Source: Heterodontus francisci
Lineage: Eukaryota
NCBI RefSeq assembly: GCF_036365525.1
Contig: NC_090372.1
Location: 39,618,246 to 39,682,245 of the forward strand
Reading direction: 5' to 3'
Length of the DNA: 64,000 bases
Within the stretch, counting starts at the first letter, position 1; the number at the start of each line of letters is the position of its first letter. Under the pieces are notes generated by a model. It had not been told where the DNA came from. It worked only from the letters and a program-made list of their open reading frames with translations, and did no database searches. Below are positions 40,090-53,689 of this stretch, piece by piece. The position numbers and the translations under genes were made by a program.

Positions 40090-42340
40090 TTAGAGTCATA
40101 GAATCATGCAACATAGCTGTCCAATTTAGTCCCACACAACAGCTTTCCCCCATAACCCTGTAAATTATTTCCCCTCGGATGAAAATTTCAGTGTTATCTG
40201 ATTGCACCACCCTTTCATTTCATATCATAACAATCCTCTGTGAAATAATTTCTCCTAACTTTTCATCACATGCAGTATAAATTGGTGCTCCCTTTGAAAT
40301 TTGGCATTCTTTCATCTGTCTTGATGAGTGCAAGATGAAAAGCTTTGACAGCATGTCTCTTTTTTTTTTCAGCAATACTAAGTTCTGTACTACCAAGCGA
40401 TAATTTCTCCTAATTTTCCCTTTATTTTTTTCACATTGTTTTGAATCTATGATCTCTGGTTACTGACTCACTTGGCAGAGGAAAGGCAAGTAGAAACTGC
40501 TATCAAAGCCCCTTATAATTTTGAATACCCCTAGGTCTCCCCTTAAGCTTCTCTGCTGTAAGGTGATCAATCCCAGCTCCTATAATCTTTCCCCATAATT
40601 GAAGTCCCACATCCCTGGGATCATTCTGATAAACCTCCTTTGTACCCTCCAGAAAGCCTTGCCCAGAACTGTACACAATATGCCAGCTGAGGCTTAACCA
40701 GTGATTTTTAAAGGTTTAGCCTGACTTCCTTGTTTTTTTTGTATTCAATGCCCCTATTTACCAAGCCAAGTATCGCTTAACTACCTTATCAATTTGCCCT
40801 GCCACCTTTAAGGATTTGTGAATATATACTGCAAGGTCCTTCTGCTCTTGTACCCACCTGAAAAATAATACTATTTAGATTGTACTGTCTCTCCATGTGT
40901 TTCTCCCAAAGTGCATTACTTCTCACTTATCCACATCAAAATGCACCTGCCATATGTCTGCCAATTTCACCAGTCTGTCAATGTCCTCCTGAGGTCAGCT
41001 ACTATCCTACTGACTGTTCACTGTGTGGCCAAGTTTTGCATCATCTGCAAACTTTGAAATTGTACTCCCTCTACCCAAGTCCCGATCATTTATATATAAC
41101 AAGAAAAGCAATAGAATCCTGGGGGACCCCTCTGCATATTTCTCTCCAGTCAGAAAAACTTTCATTCACCACTTCTCTCTGCCTCCTATCCCTTAGACAA
41201 TTACATACCCAAGTTCCCACTATCCTTTTAATAACCATGTGCGGCTATTTTCAATATATGTTTTTTCATGCTCGTGAAGTGCAGCAATTGCAAATACAGA
41301 ACTCAAGTTGAAGAGTTGTTAAAATTGGACTCAAAAACAAAAAGGACAATATGCTTCAAAAATGGTCACCAAAGGTAAAATCTGTAAATTTAAACTGTCT
41401 GGTAAAAACAAAAATACATTCCAAAGCTAAGAGGTGTCAATTACAACCATTCTGTCAGTAACCACAGGGAGGAAGATCTTTGTCTCCAAGCAGAGACAAG
41501 ATGTGAGACCATTTTGACACTAAAAGTAGCTTTCTGGAGAAAGAGAATCAGGACAAACATCACCAAAGTCTGTCCAGCTGATGTCTGGAGAAAATCCAGT
41601 AAGAAGGTGCCCTGCTACACTTCAACTTGTGCAGCAGAGAACTGAAAGTGGTCCCCTGCTTCCGGACTGAAATTTCAGCCAACTGAGCAATCTGTAAACA
41701 ACCCAGGCCTGCAACTTTAAAGAAGAAATTGACCTCCGAGAAGATTCAACAGGTTACCATGAAACTGGAATGCCTAACTCACTTCAAATCCCTTACCTCT
41801 TTTCTTCTCTATCTATCTTTTGTCTGTGTGCCTGCAAGTGCAGATGCGGTTGCGACCATTTCAGGAGTGAATATGTGCTCAATAAATAGTTAATATTCTG
41901 TTTTAAACTTACAAGAAAATCTGTAAATCTCTGTTTATTTGACAAAACATAACAGGGTTAAAACCCTAGTAACAAAAACACTTTCTGCGATCAATTGGGA
42001 GTTAAACAGTGGGGCCACCCTCCCCCCTCACCATATGGCCATAACAGTCTGTTATATGGTACTTTATCAAATGCCTTTTGCAAGTCCACATATGCAAAAT
42101 CTACTGCATTGCCTTCATCAACCCCCGTGATGCTTCTTTAAAAAAATTATTAAGGTTCGCAAGACACTATTTGGCTTTAAAGAATCATTGCTAGCTGTCG
42201 TTATTAAACCATGCTTCTTCAAGTGAGAATTAATTTTGTCCTTGATAATGGTCTCTGATAGTTTTCTCACCATTGACATTAGACTGATTTCACCTGTAGT
42301 TGCAAGGTTTATCCCCTTCCCTTTTTGAACAGGGGTATAA
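40090..42340 (-). mobile_element. Old CR1 interrupted by a small hammerhead-bearing insertion (40265-40399) and an LTR-like segment (about 41255-42046)
   Basis: CR1 tail at 40091 and CR1 RT-like text to about 41250. CR1 resumes at 42047 after ...ggccataaca, an LTR-like 3' end with AATAAA at 41881. Confidence 0.65.
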
Positions 42341-42840
42341 CTTGCATTTATATAGTACCTTCCACATTCCTGGGAAGTCGTAAAGTGCTTCAGGTTCATT
42401 GAAATACTTGTAAGCTATAATTATCTTGTAGTCAAACAGGATCACAGATAAAATAAAGTGCCACTGATAGCAATGAGCTAAATGACAAGTAAATTTTATT
42501 GGTGGTTATTAGTTGAAGGGTAAATATTGGCTGGGACACATGCTTCTCTGAATATTGTTTCTATGATTCTCTGAATAGTGCAGTGGGATCTTTTCCATTC
42601 ACCTGGACAGCCTGATGAGGCGTGCAGAAGTGTTTCCTAACTTCTCAACTGAATAACCTGGCTCTCTTTTTAAGGTTATGTTACCTTCTCCTGAATTCTC
42701 CCATCAGTGGAAAATGTTTCTCTCTTTCCATTCTATAATTTCCTTTCAAAATTCTAAAACCTCAATCCAATCATTCCCTAACCTTCTATATTCCAGGGGA
42801 AACCATCCTAATTTATGTAATCTCTCCTCATAATCTAACC

Positions 42841-44815
42841 CAGTGGTTCTAAAATAGGTCGGTGGGCTCCTAGAGGTCATAGAGACTTCTCAGCGGGTCT
42901 GCAAAATATTCTTTCTAGAGGGCGAGCGACAGAAAAACACAAGGGGGCTGGGGGAAGAGAAGGAAGAAAAAAGACATGCCAGCTGTTTTGTATCAATTAA
43001 CAGTTTGTAATAACCCTACACAAGTAGCTGACACGGTTTTCAGTGGTGAGTCTCTCGTTTACTTTTGGCGAAAGGGGAGGGGAGATAGTAGGCCAGCTGC
43101 TGCCAACTCATGCAGTGAGCAAGTGCCATAATAATGCTGCCTGTCCTGCTGAGTATTTCTATTATTTTCTGTTAATCTTAATCCCTTGTTTTTTGATTCT
43201 TGTAATCATGGAAAAGCTGTTAGTTTTACTTGCTTAAACCTTCCATTATGTTGCAATGCTGTAAATTTCTTGAATGATTTAAATAACACTAAGGAACTGA
43301 ACTGAATTTGCACAGATCTGTAAAATATTCCCACGAATGTCATGTTGAAGTGCATATTCCATAATAGAATTGGAGGGAAGGATGTGTGTGTTTGTAGTAA
43401 GGCATTTTTTGAATTAAACTAGGAACCTGCTTTGAGCCTGCTAAACATGTAAGTTGGTGAGACTGATGTTGATACTAATTTGGCAAATAGCTGTTTGTAT
43501 TGGATGTGATCTCTGAACTGATTTGTCTGTTAATAGCATATGTACACAATCTTTAACCATATTAAACGTAGTTCAGTTGGCATGCACTGGAATGTAAGTG
43601 GAGTTAGATTTATCCTTTATCTTTGCTTTGCCTGGTCTGCTTCATCATTGTCTACATCAGTGTAATATTCCTGATTGGTACTCTTACTAAGTATCTGTTT
43701 TCTTAAAAGTATTATTGAAGCACTCTTTACCATGCAACATTTTTGGCCTCAACGTTTATATAAATGACTTAGATGAAAGGACCGAAGGTGTGGTTGCTAA
43801 ATTTGCTGATGACACAAAAATCGGTAGAAAAGTAACTTGTGACGAGGAGATAAAGGGGCTACAAAGGGATATCAATAGGTTAAGTGAGTGGCAAAGACCT
43901 AGCAAATGGAGTATAATGTGGGAAATTGTCCACTTTAGCAGGAAGAATAAAAAAGAAGCATCTTAGGTAAATGGTGAGAGCTTGCAGAGCTCTGAGATGC
44001 AGAGGGATCTGGTTGTCCTAGTGCATGAATTGCAAAAGGTTATTATGCAAGTACAGCACGTAATTAGGAAAGCTAATAGAATGTTATCGTTTATTGCAAG
44101 GGGAATTCAATACATAAGTAGGGAGGTTATGCTTCAGCTTTACAGGGCATTGCTGAGACCACATTTGGAGTACTGTGTACAGTACTGGTCTCCATATTTG
44201 AGGAAGGATGTAAATGCGTTGGAGGCAGTACAGAGAAGCTTTACTAGACTAATACCTGGAATAGGCAGGGTGTCTTATGAGGAGAGATTGGACAGGCTAG
44301 GCTTGTATCCTTTGGAATTTAGAATAGTAAGAGGTGACTTGATTGAAGCATATAAGATCCTGAGAGGTCTTGACAGGGTGGATGTGGAAAGGATGTTTCC
44401 CCGTGTGGGAGAATCTAGAACTAGGGGTCCCTGTTTAAAAATAAGGCGTTGCCCATTTAAGACAAAGATGAGGAAAAAATTTTTCTCTGAGAGTCGTGAG
44501 TCTTTGGAATTCTCTTCCTCAAAAGGTGGTGGAAGCAGAGTCTTTGAATATTTTTAAGGCAGAGGTAGATAGATTCTTGATAAGCAAGGGGGTGGAAGGT
44601 TATCGGGGTTCAGTGGAAATGTGGCGTAATCAGTTCAGCCATGAACTTATTGAATGGCGGAGCAGGCTCGAAGGGCTGAGTGGCCTACTCCTCCTAATTC
44701 ATATGTTTGTACATTCGTATTATTGGTATTATATAGTATAATTTAATTGGCAAGTCCATGATTACCAATCCATTTTAAATGGGGTCCTTCAACCAATACG
44801 GTTCAGGAACCACTG
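42841..44815. mobile_element. Non-autonomous Buster-type hAT element carrying a CR1 insertion
   Basis: TIRs CAGTGGTTC / GAACCACTG; 8-bp TSD ATCTAACC (42833-42840, 44816-44823) with central TA. It interrupts a minus-strand CR1 (about 42620-45420). Confidence 0.85.
43750..44720 (+). mobile_element. CR1 3' fragment nested in the hAT element
   Basis: YINDLD...FADDTKIG and LYRALLRPHLEY, followed by a 3' UTR. Confidence 0.9.
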
Positions 44816-45429
44816 ATCTAACCCTTGGAGCCTTGGTATCATCCTGGTGAAACTGCACTGTACTCCTTTCAAGACCAGTGTATCCTTTCTAATGTGTGGT
44901 GCCCAGAGCTGTATACAGTAATCCAGATGTGATCTAATTGGGGTTTTGTATAGTTGTAGCAAAACTTGGTCCCTCTTGTATTGAAGTCCTCTAGTTATAA
45001 AGGCTGACATTCCGTTAGCCTTTGTAATTTGTTTTTGTATTTGACTACTACATTTTAGTGATATGTGTCCATGAGCCCCTAAATCTCTTTGGACCTCCAC
45101 TGTTTGTAGCTTTTCACCATTTTAAAAAATAATCAGATCTATCCCTTTTTGATCTAAAAATGGATGACCTCATACTTACCTGCATTGAAATCCATCTGCC
45201 ACAGTTCTGCCCACTCACTTAATCTATCAATGTCTCTGTGTAATTTTAGGTTTCTGTCTCAAATACATACTATGTCATTAATCTTTCTGTCATTGGCAAA
45301 CTTGGATATATGACTCTTCCTTACTTTATCAAAGTCATTCATAAATATAGTGAATAGTTGAGCCCTTGGCATAGTTACTTTTGCAATGCCACGAGTCACT
45401 TCATTGCAATTAGAGTACATAGTACTATC

Positions 45430-48400
45430 AGAGTAGCAAAGCACAACAGGAGAGAGTAGCTTTTAAAAACAGCGTGGGAAACACCAGCAGTGCCAGAGCA
45501 GCAAAGCACAAAGAGAGAGAGAGGAGCAGCAGCAGCAAGAGGCAGAGACCTAGTGCGAAATGCCATTGCAGGACGATGTGTGGTGAGTATCCAGGTAAGC
45601 TCTGAATTTTTATTTCAGTATAATTCTGTTCAAATTAATCTACTTCAATGTAAAACTAGATCAATTCATTAGTGTACAACTAAGGCCAATTTGATAATTT
45701 ACAATCAGTGTTCAATTAATCAAATATATGGGATAAAGTTAAAATTAAATAGCAAGGTTTAGTAAGACTAAAGGATTATGAATTTTTCTGTGAATTAAAA
45801 ATCTAAGGTTTTACGATGAGTTAAGTAAAACATTTCAGGTTACCTCTCCAACATAGTGATGTCAGCATAAGACAAGCAGCTGATTGGTGAGTCTTTAGTT
45901 ATACAAGTCGTAAACTTAATCATCGAATAAATAGAGGCATGGCAGGGCATCTAGGTTCTGTGGAGTGCGCATCGTGTTCCATGTGGGAACTCCAGAACAT
46001 TTCTCATGTCCTCGATAACCACATGTGCAGGAAGTGTCATTAGCTGCAGTAGTTTGAGCTCCCAGTTTGGAGCTTGAACAGCAACTGGAGTCATGGTGGT
46101 ACATCCGTGAGGCTGAGAGTTTCGTGGATAGTACATTTATAGATGTGGTCACCCCTCAGCTTAAGGGTAGGCAGGCAGAGAGGGAATGGGTGACCATCAG
46201 GCAGTCAAGGAAGACCAGGCAGGTTGTGCAGGAGTCCATACTGGTGAAAGTGATGGTTCCTCTGGAAAGTGCAGCCAGAGTCTAGTCTATGGCACCGCGG
46301 CTGGCTCAGCTGTACAAGCCGGCAGGAGGAGAGTTGAAAAGGCAATGGTGATATGGGATTCATTAGTTAGGAGAACAGATAGGTGTTTCAGATGTTCAAA
46401 TACAGGATGGTAAGTTGCCTCTCTGGTGCCAGGGTTTAGGATGTCACTAAGCAGCTGCAGAGCACTCTGAGAAGAGAGGGTGAACAGCCAGCAGTTGTGG
46501 TCCATATCCAGACTGACGATCTAGGTAGAAAGAGGGATAAGGTCCTGCAGGCAGAGTTTAGGGAGATGGGAAAGAAATTAGCACGCAGGACCTCAAAGGT
46601 AGTAATCTCCAGATTAGCAATAGAAATATGAGGATACAGCAGATGAATGTGTGTCTGGAGAGATGATGCAGGAGGGAGGGCTTTAAGTTCCTGGGACATA
46701 GGGACAAGTTCTGGGGGAAATTTGACCTCTACAGGCTAATGGGTTTTACCTGAACAGAACCGGGACCAATGATTTGTGAGTGCTATTGGGGAGAGTTTAA
46801 ACTAACTTGGCAGAGGTGTGGGAATCAAGAAATAATATTAGAGAGAAAATTCAAGGTGCATAAAGGATAGCAGTAGAGTAGGAAATAGTAAGAAAAAACT
46901 TGCATTGATATCGCACTTTTCACAACCTCTGGACGTTTCGAAGCGTTTTACAGCCATTGAAGTACTTTTTTTAAAACCGTAGTCACTGTTGTAATGTAGG
47001 AGATGTGGCAGCCATACTGCACACAGCAAACTCCCACAAACAGCAATGTGATAGTGACAGATAATCTGTTCATTTGATGTTGATTAAGAGTTAAATATTG
47101 GCCAGGACAGCTGGGATCCCTCCCCTGCTCTTCTTTGAAATAGTGCCATGTGTTCTTTTGCATCCACCTGAGCAAGCAGATGGGCATCGGTTTAATGTCT
47201 CATCTGAAAGACGGCACCTCCAACAGTGCAGTACTCCCTCAGTCCAACACTGGAGTGTCAGCCTTGATTTATATGCTGATGCCCTGGAGTGGCACTTGAA
47301 CCCAGAACTTTGTGACTCAGAGGCGAGGCTATTACCAACTGAGCCACGGCTGACACATAGCAAGATATTAGGTGGGGTCAGATTAAGAAGGAATGTAATA
47401 AGGTCTAAATTAGGTTTCTGTGCATGTATGCGAATGCGTGGAGTGTGGTAAATAAGGTTGTTGAGCTGCTGGCGCAAATAGCCACATGGAAATATGATGC
47501 CGTGGCGATAACGGAATGCTGCCTCAAAAACGAGCAGATCTGGTTATTAAATATTCCTGGATACAAGGTATTCAGGAAACATAGGGAAGGAAAGAAAGGA
47601 AAAGGGGTAGCAGTATTGATTAAGGAGAACAATATAGTGCTGGAGCAGGAGGATGTTATAGAGGAATCAAGGACAGAATCTATTTAATAAGAGCTAAGAA
47701 ACAATAAGAGGTGCCATTACAATGTTGGATGTATTCTATAGGCTGCCAACTAGTGGGAAAGACATAGAGGAACAACTTTGCAAGGAAATTGCAGAGAGGT
47801 GCAAGAATTATAGATTAGTGATAATTGGGGACTTCAATTATCTGAATATAGACTGGGATAGGATGTTGAGATTTTTCTACAGTATGTTTCCAGTCCAATG
47901 AGGAAGGAGACATTGCTGGATCTGGCTCTGGGGAATGAGGTGGGTCAAGTGGATCAAGTGTCAGTAGGGGAACATTTAGGAGACAGTGATCATTGTATCA
48001 TAAGGTTTAGGTTGGCTGTGGAAAAGGGCAAGGAGCAATCCAGAGTAAACTAATTAACTGGGGGAGGGCCAACTTCAATGGGGTGAGAACGGATCTGGTC
48101 CAGGTAAATTGGAATCAAAAATTGGCAGGCAAAATTGCAATGAACAATGGGCTGCTTTTAAAGAAGCAATAGTTTGGGTACAGTCAAGATACATTCCCAC
48201 AAGGGGGAAAGGTAGGGCAAACAAATCCGAAGCTCCCTGGATGACAAAAGAGAGAGTAATATGAAGCAGAAAGAGGTTGCATATGACAGATGTTAGATGA
48301 ATAATATAATTGAGAACCAGGCTGAATATAGAAGGTTCAGTGGTAAAGTGAAAATACAAATAAGAGAAGCAAAGAGGGAGTATGAGAAGAGATGGGCAGC

Positions 48401-50200
48401 TAACATAAAAAGGGAATCCAAAAGTGTTCTGTAAGCATATAAATAGTGATAAGGTGGTAAAAGGAGGAGTGGGGCTGATTAGGGGCCTAAAAGGGGATTT
48501 ATGCATGGAGGCAGAGGGATGGCTGAGATATTACATGAATATTTTGCATCTCTCCTTACCAAGGAAGAAGATGCTGCCCAAGTCATAGTGGAAGAGGAGA
48601 TAGTTGAGGCACTGGGTGGGCTTACAAAATGCTGAAGAGGAGGTATTAGAAAGGCTGGCCGTACTTACAGTTGGCAAGTCACCAGGACTGAATGAGATGC
48701 ATCCAAGGATACTTCGGGAAGTAAGAGTGGAAATTGCTGAGGCAGTGGCCATAATCTTCCAATCCTCCTTAGGTACAAAGGTGGTGCCAGAGAATTAGAG
48801 AATTGCAAATGTTAGACCTTTTGTTCAGAAGAGTGTAAAGACAAGCCTAGCTTCTACAGGCCTCTCAGTTTAACCTTGCTGATGGGAAAGCTTTTAGAAA
48901 CCAAAGTTTGGGACAAAATTCACAGTCACTTGGACAAATGTGGATTAATTGTGGAAAGCCAGCATGTATTTGTTAAGGTCAAATCATGTTGAAGTAACTT
49001 GATTGAGTTTTTTGATGAGGTAACGGAGAGTAGGTAATGCGATTGATGTGGTGTACATGGACTTCCAAAAGACATTTGATAAAGTGCCACAGAGCAGTCC
49101 TGTCAGCAAAGTTAATGCCCAACGAATAAAAGGGACAGTAGCAGCATGGATATGAAATTGGCGAAATGACAGGCCACTGGGAGTAGTGATGAACAGTTGT
49201 TTTTCAGACTGGAGGAAGGGATATAGTGGTGTTCCCTCGGACTTAGTGTTGGAACCCTGCTTTTCTTGATCTGTATTAGAGACTTGGGTATAGAGGGCAC
49301 AATTTAAAAATTTGCAGATGACACAACACTTGGAAATGTTGTGAACTGCAAGGAGGATTGTGATAAACTTCAAAAGGACATAGACAGGCTGATGGAAGGG
49401 GTGGACAAGTGACATGAAATTTAATGCAGAGACGTGTGAAGTGATAATTTTAGTATGAAGAATGAGGAGAGGCAGTGCAAAACAAAGGATACAATTCGAA
49501 AGAGGGTGCAGGAGCAGAGGGACCTGGAGGTGTATGTGCACAAATCATTGAAGGTGACAGGGCTGGTTGAGAAAGCGGTTAATAAAGTATCTGGGATCTT
49601 GTGCTTTATAAGTAGGGGCATAGAGTACAACAACAAGGAAATTATGGTAAACCTGTATAAAACAATGGTTTAGCCTCAACTAGAGTATTGTGTCCAGTTC
49701 TGAGCACCACACTTTCAGAAGGATGTGAAATTTTTAGAGAGGGTGCAGAAAAAATTCACAAGAATAGGATAAGGAACTTATTTTACTTGGATAGGTTAGA
49801 GAAGCTGGGGCTGTTGTGAAGATTAAGAGGAGATTTGATAGAGGGGTTCAAAATGTGTGGGGTATGAACAGGGTAGATGGGGAGAAACTGTCCACATTGG
49901 CGAAGGATCGAGAATCAGAGGATACTAATTCAAGGTGATTGGCAAAAGAAACAAGTGTGACACGAGGAAAAGTTTTTTTACACAACAAGTGGTTAGGATC
50001 TGGAATGTCGTGCCTGAGGGTGTGGTGGAGGCAGATACAATCGAGGCTTTCAAAAGGAAATTGGATAATTATCTCAAAAAAATTTGTAGGGCGATGGGGA
50101 AAATGTGGGGGAGTGCAACTAGGTGTGTTGTTGTTGCAGAGAGCCAGCACAGACACAACTGGCCGAATGGCTGCCTCTTGTACTGTCACCATTCTATGAT
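45430..50200 (+). mobile_element. Near full-length decayed CR1 (5' UTR, ORF1 zinc finger plus SGNH esterase, ORF2 APE plus RT)
   Basis: ORF1 from ATG 45939: VECASCSMWE...CRKC, then VIWDSLVRRTDR (a GDS esterase-like motif). ORF2 from about 47424: YANAWSVVNK..AITE, GDFNY, KSPGLNEMHPRIL, YMDFQKTFDKV. Tail cattctatga at about 50190. Confidence 0.9.
46890..47357 (-). mobile_element. DeuSINE (SacSINE1-like) inserted between CR1 ORF1 and ORF2
   Basis: The - strand head gtcagccgtggctcagttggta...gggttcaagtgcc has A/B boxes; the body has ctgagggagtactgcactgttggaggtgccgtctttcagatgagac. Confidence 0.8.
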
Positions 50201-50461
50201 AGCCATTATCCCTTCCCTCTTTACCAGGTCAGTAATTTGCTTTCAATTCCATGAGCTGATCAACCTTATCAAATGCCTTCTAGAAGTCCATATAAACTAC
50301 GTCCAGAGATATTCCTCTGTCTAATAGTTTAGTTTTTCCTTCAAAAAAAATTAATTTGGTTCGTTAGTCATAAAAGAAAAAAAGACTTGTATTTATACAG
50401 CACTTTTCATGTTCTCAGAGTATCCCAAAGCACTGTACAGCCACTGGAGTAATTTTGAAGT

Positions 50462-52900
50462 CTCTTCTTCTTTGGCCTCCTTGTCTCAAAAGACAATGGT
50501 TAAGTGCCTGGAGGTGGTCAGTGATTTGTGAAGCAGCTGGAGTGGCTATAAAGGCCAATTCTGGCTGTATCTCTCTGCTCAAAAGTGACACTGTGCCTCA
50601 GGGTAGACACGCTCAGCCAGCTTCTGGAGCCTGTTTAAAATGACTCGAGTGAAGACTTTCCCCAGTATGCTGAGCAGGGAGATTCCACGGTCGTTGTTGC
50701 AGTCACCGCGGTCACCCTTGTTCTTATAGAGGGTGATGATATTGGCATCGCTCATGTCCTGTGGTACTGCTACTTCATCCCAGCACAGGCAAAGCAGTTC
50801 AGAGAATGCTGAAAGTATAGCAGGCTTGGCACTCTTGATTATTTCAGGGGTAATGCCGTCCTTTCCAGGGGCTTTTCCGCTGGCTAGTGAATCAATGGCA
50901 TCACTGAGTTCTGATTTTGTTGGCTGTTTGTTCAGCTCATCTATGACTGGCAGAGACTGGGCTGCATTGAGGGCGGTCTCAGTGACAACATTTTCCCTGG
51001 AGAACAGTTCTAGGTAGTGCTCCACCCAGCAGACCATTTGCTTGTGTTGGTCAGTGATTGTGTCCCCTGATTTAGACGTAAGGGTGGCGATCTTCTTGAT
51101 GGTTGGTCTAAAAGCTCTCTTAATGCCATCATACATTCCTCTGATGTTTCCGGTGTTGGAGGCCAGCTGAATATGACTGCATAGGTATTGCCAGTAGTCA
51201 TTTGCACAGCGCCTGGCTGTTCTTTGTGCAGCGCTTCTGGCTGCTTTAAGTGCTACAGATGCTAACTCGCTGGGGGCTTTCTTGTAGTTCAACAGTGCAA
51301 TGCACTTAGCGGCTATGACAGGTTCCAGCTCTTCAAAGTGAGATTGAAACCAGTCTGCATTCTGCTTCACACGTTTGCCACAGGTGGTAATTGCTGAGTC
51401 TTAGGTGGCACCTCGGATATGGGCTCGCTTGGTCTCTGCATCCCCTGTAGGAGTGTTTTGAAGGGCTTTTTCAAGTGAATTTAGAAACTTATGTAACAGC
51501 TGTGGATAAGAAATTCTGTTAGTGTTGAAATGCAGGCAGCCCTTCTGCTTGGAGTGATGCAGCTTCTTTGGTTTGAGTCGAACCTTGCTGCACACCAGGG
51601 AGTGGTCGGTGTCGCAGTCTGCACTGTGGAAGCTGCGTGTGATTTGAATGCTGTTTAAAGAAGCTCGCCTTGTAACAATGAGGTCCAGCTGGTGCCAACA
51701 ATGTGATCTTGGGTGTCTCCGAGAAACCTGGTGACAGGGTTTAGTATGAAAGAACGAGTCGGTGATGCAGAGGTTGTGATAGGTACACAAGTTAAGCAGT
51801 CTCTGTCCATTCTCATTCATCCTTCCAATGCCATAGTGCCCAAGGCAGGAGGGCCATGAGTCATGGTCGGCCCCAACCCTGGCATTAAAGTCCCCCAGCA
51901 GGAACAGCTGTTCGATATTGGGGATGCTACTAATGATATTATGGAGTTCCTCGTAGAACTGGTCTTTAACTTCAGGTGGGGAGCAGTGTGTTGGAGCTGA
52001 GTAGGTGTACTGGACCAGAGGCGGTGAGCGGTCGGATGGACAGTATGCGTTCCGAGCCATTTGAAGGTCGCTCTATCATGCTGAGCAAGGAGTTTCTGAT
52101 GGCAAAGCCCACTCCATGCTGTCTTGGTTCTTCAGGATCCCAACCCTGCCAGAAGAAGGTGTAGTCTTGCTCTCTTAGAGATCCACTCACAGGGAGGCAT
52201 GTCTCCTGAAGTGCTGCAATGTCCACATTGAGTCTACTGAGCTCGTTGTTAATGATGGCGGTCTTCCGAGAATCGTTGATTTGTGTAAGGTCTTCCGACA
52301 GGCCAAGACACACAGTTCTGACGTTCCAGCTTGCAAAATGAAGGGCCGGTACCTTCTTTACTTTTTTTGTCTGTTTGGTGCGGTGTTACATTCCACTTGT
52401 CAGGCAATGACCCTGAGCTGCAATCACCCATTGAAGCAGGTGGACTGTGGCGGGACTGAACCTTATTGACCGGGGGCTGCCCGGTTTGAAGCAGGCAGTA
52501 GCTGTCCAATGAGATGCGATGACCTCTCCCACCGACAAAGGCAACCCGTGGTGCCCAATCTCTACGCCAATTGAGCTGGACTTATAACCCGTAACTGCTG
52601 CCTTCCGTGTTGTTTTGGTCACTGTGAGGCGACTATGGAGTGACCTCTCCATGGTGCATGCCTGGGCGGATGTATGGAGATTGTGAGTTGCCCAAGCGTC
52701 AAAAACCCCCTCTTGGCCTTCCTGGTGGGGTCCAAAGGAGTGCAGAGCACGACATTTGGCACCGGTATGGCTGCAGGAACTGCCGGAAACATTCCAAAGG
52801 TGACACATGACCGCCTTTGGGGTTCTGCTGCGGATTTTCTGTTAGGGTTTACTCCCTTAGCCTTGGTCTCTCCCGAGACGCCCACAAGGCAGTGGGGTTA
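50462..52900 (-). mobile_element. RTE-clade LINE with 5' UTR and 3' tail but no RT core
   Basis: Endonuclease ELSRLNVDIAALQET...HGVGFAI, LLGDFNARVG, DCDTDHSLV. The linker GKAPGKDGI...RGISLLSILGKVF..VYPEAQC runs straight into the 3' end and (GAA)n tail at 50462. Confidence 0.9.
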
Positions 52901-52925
52901 TTAAGGCCCCTGCTCAGGGATAGGT

Positions 52926-53222
52926 GGGGGGAAGGGGGTGCGGGAAGAGGGGATGGAGGGAAGGGGGTGCGAGGGAGAGCTGGGGAAGTAGGTGCAAGGG
53001 GAAGATGGTGCGAGGGGTGGGGGGGAGGGGGTGCGGGGAGAGGAGATGGAGGGAAGGGGGTGCGAGGGAGAGCTGGGGAAGTAGGTGCAAGGGGAAAATG
53101 GTGCGAGGGGTGGGGGGGAGGGGGTGCGGGCAGAGGAGATGGAGGGAAGGGGGTGCGAGGGAGAGCTGGAGAAGTAGGTGCAAGGGGAAGATGGTGCGAG
53201 GGGAGGGGGGAAGGGGGTGCAG
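52926..53222. repeat. G-rich tandem repeat, 93-bp unit, about 3 copies
   Basis: gctgg(g/a)gaagtaggtgcaagggg recurs at 52979, 53072 and 53165 (period 93). Confidence 0.9.
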
Positions 53223-53689
53223 GTAATAAAACATTTCATCAGCTCCCACACAATGCGATCCCCATGTAAAGTTGGGGTTGCCTTGTGTAGTTTCAACCTC
53301 GACCCAAAATTTTGCCGGTCTAATTTTAAAAAAAAATTTAAACTGCTGTGATTTATTCGCGATATTTTCTTCTAGGATTCTTGGGATGAAATCAATCCTG
53401 CCAGGTCTATCCCTCACTCACTGCACCAAGAGTTTTGAGGAGAAGGGGCTTTTACTGCCTTTTACTCTCCATGCAGGGGGTGCGTGGTGTGAGCTGGGAA
53501 GGGGGTGCTAGGGGAGAAGGGGGGAGGCGTCCGGCAGGGATCGCAACCTGGCGAGCGGGCCCGCCCACAGCCTGCACGGCCTCCTCAAATCTGCGTCCTC
53601 CAGGCTGACGCTGCGCTCGTGGTCGCCATCCACTGACGGTAGAACTTCTTTCCCAGCTCCCAACAGTGACGCCAGAAGGACGACCAAGG

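Noticed and set aside
52817-53417. ORFs with triple peptide repeats
   Set aside because: They come from the 93-bp (31-codon) tandem repeat.
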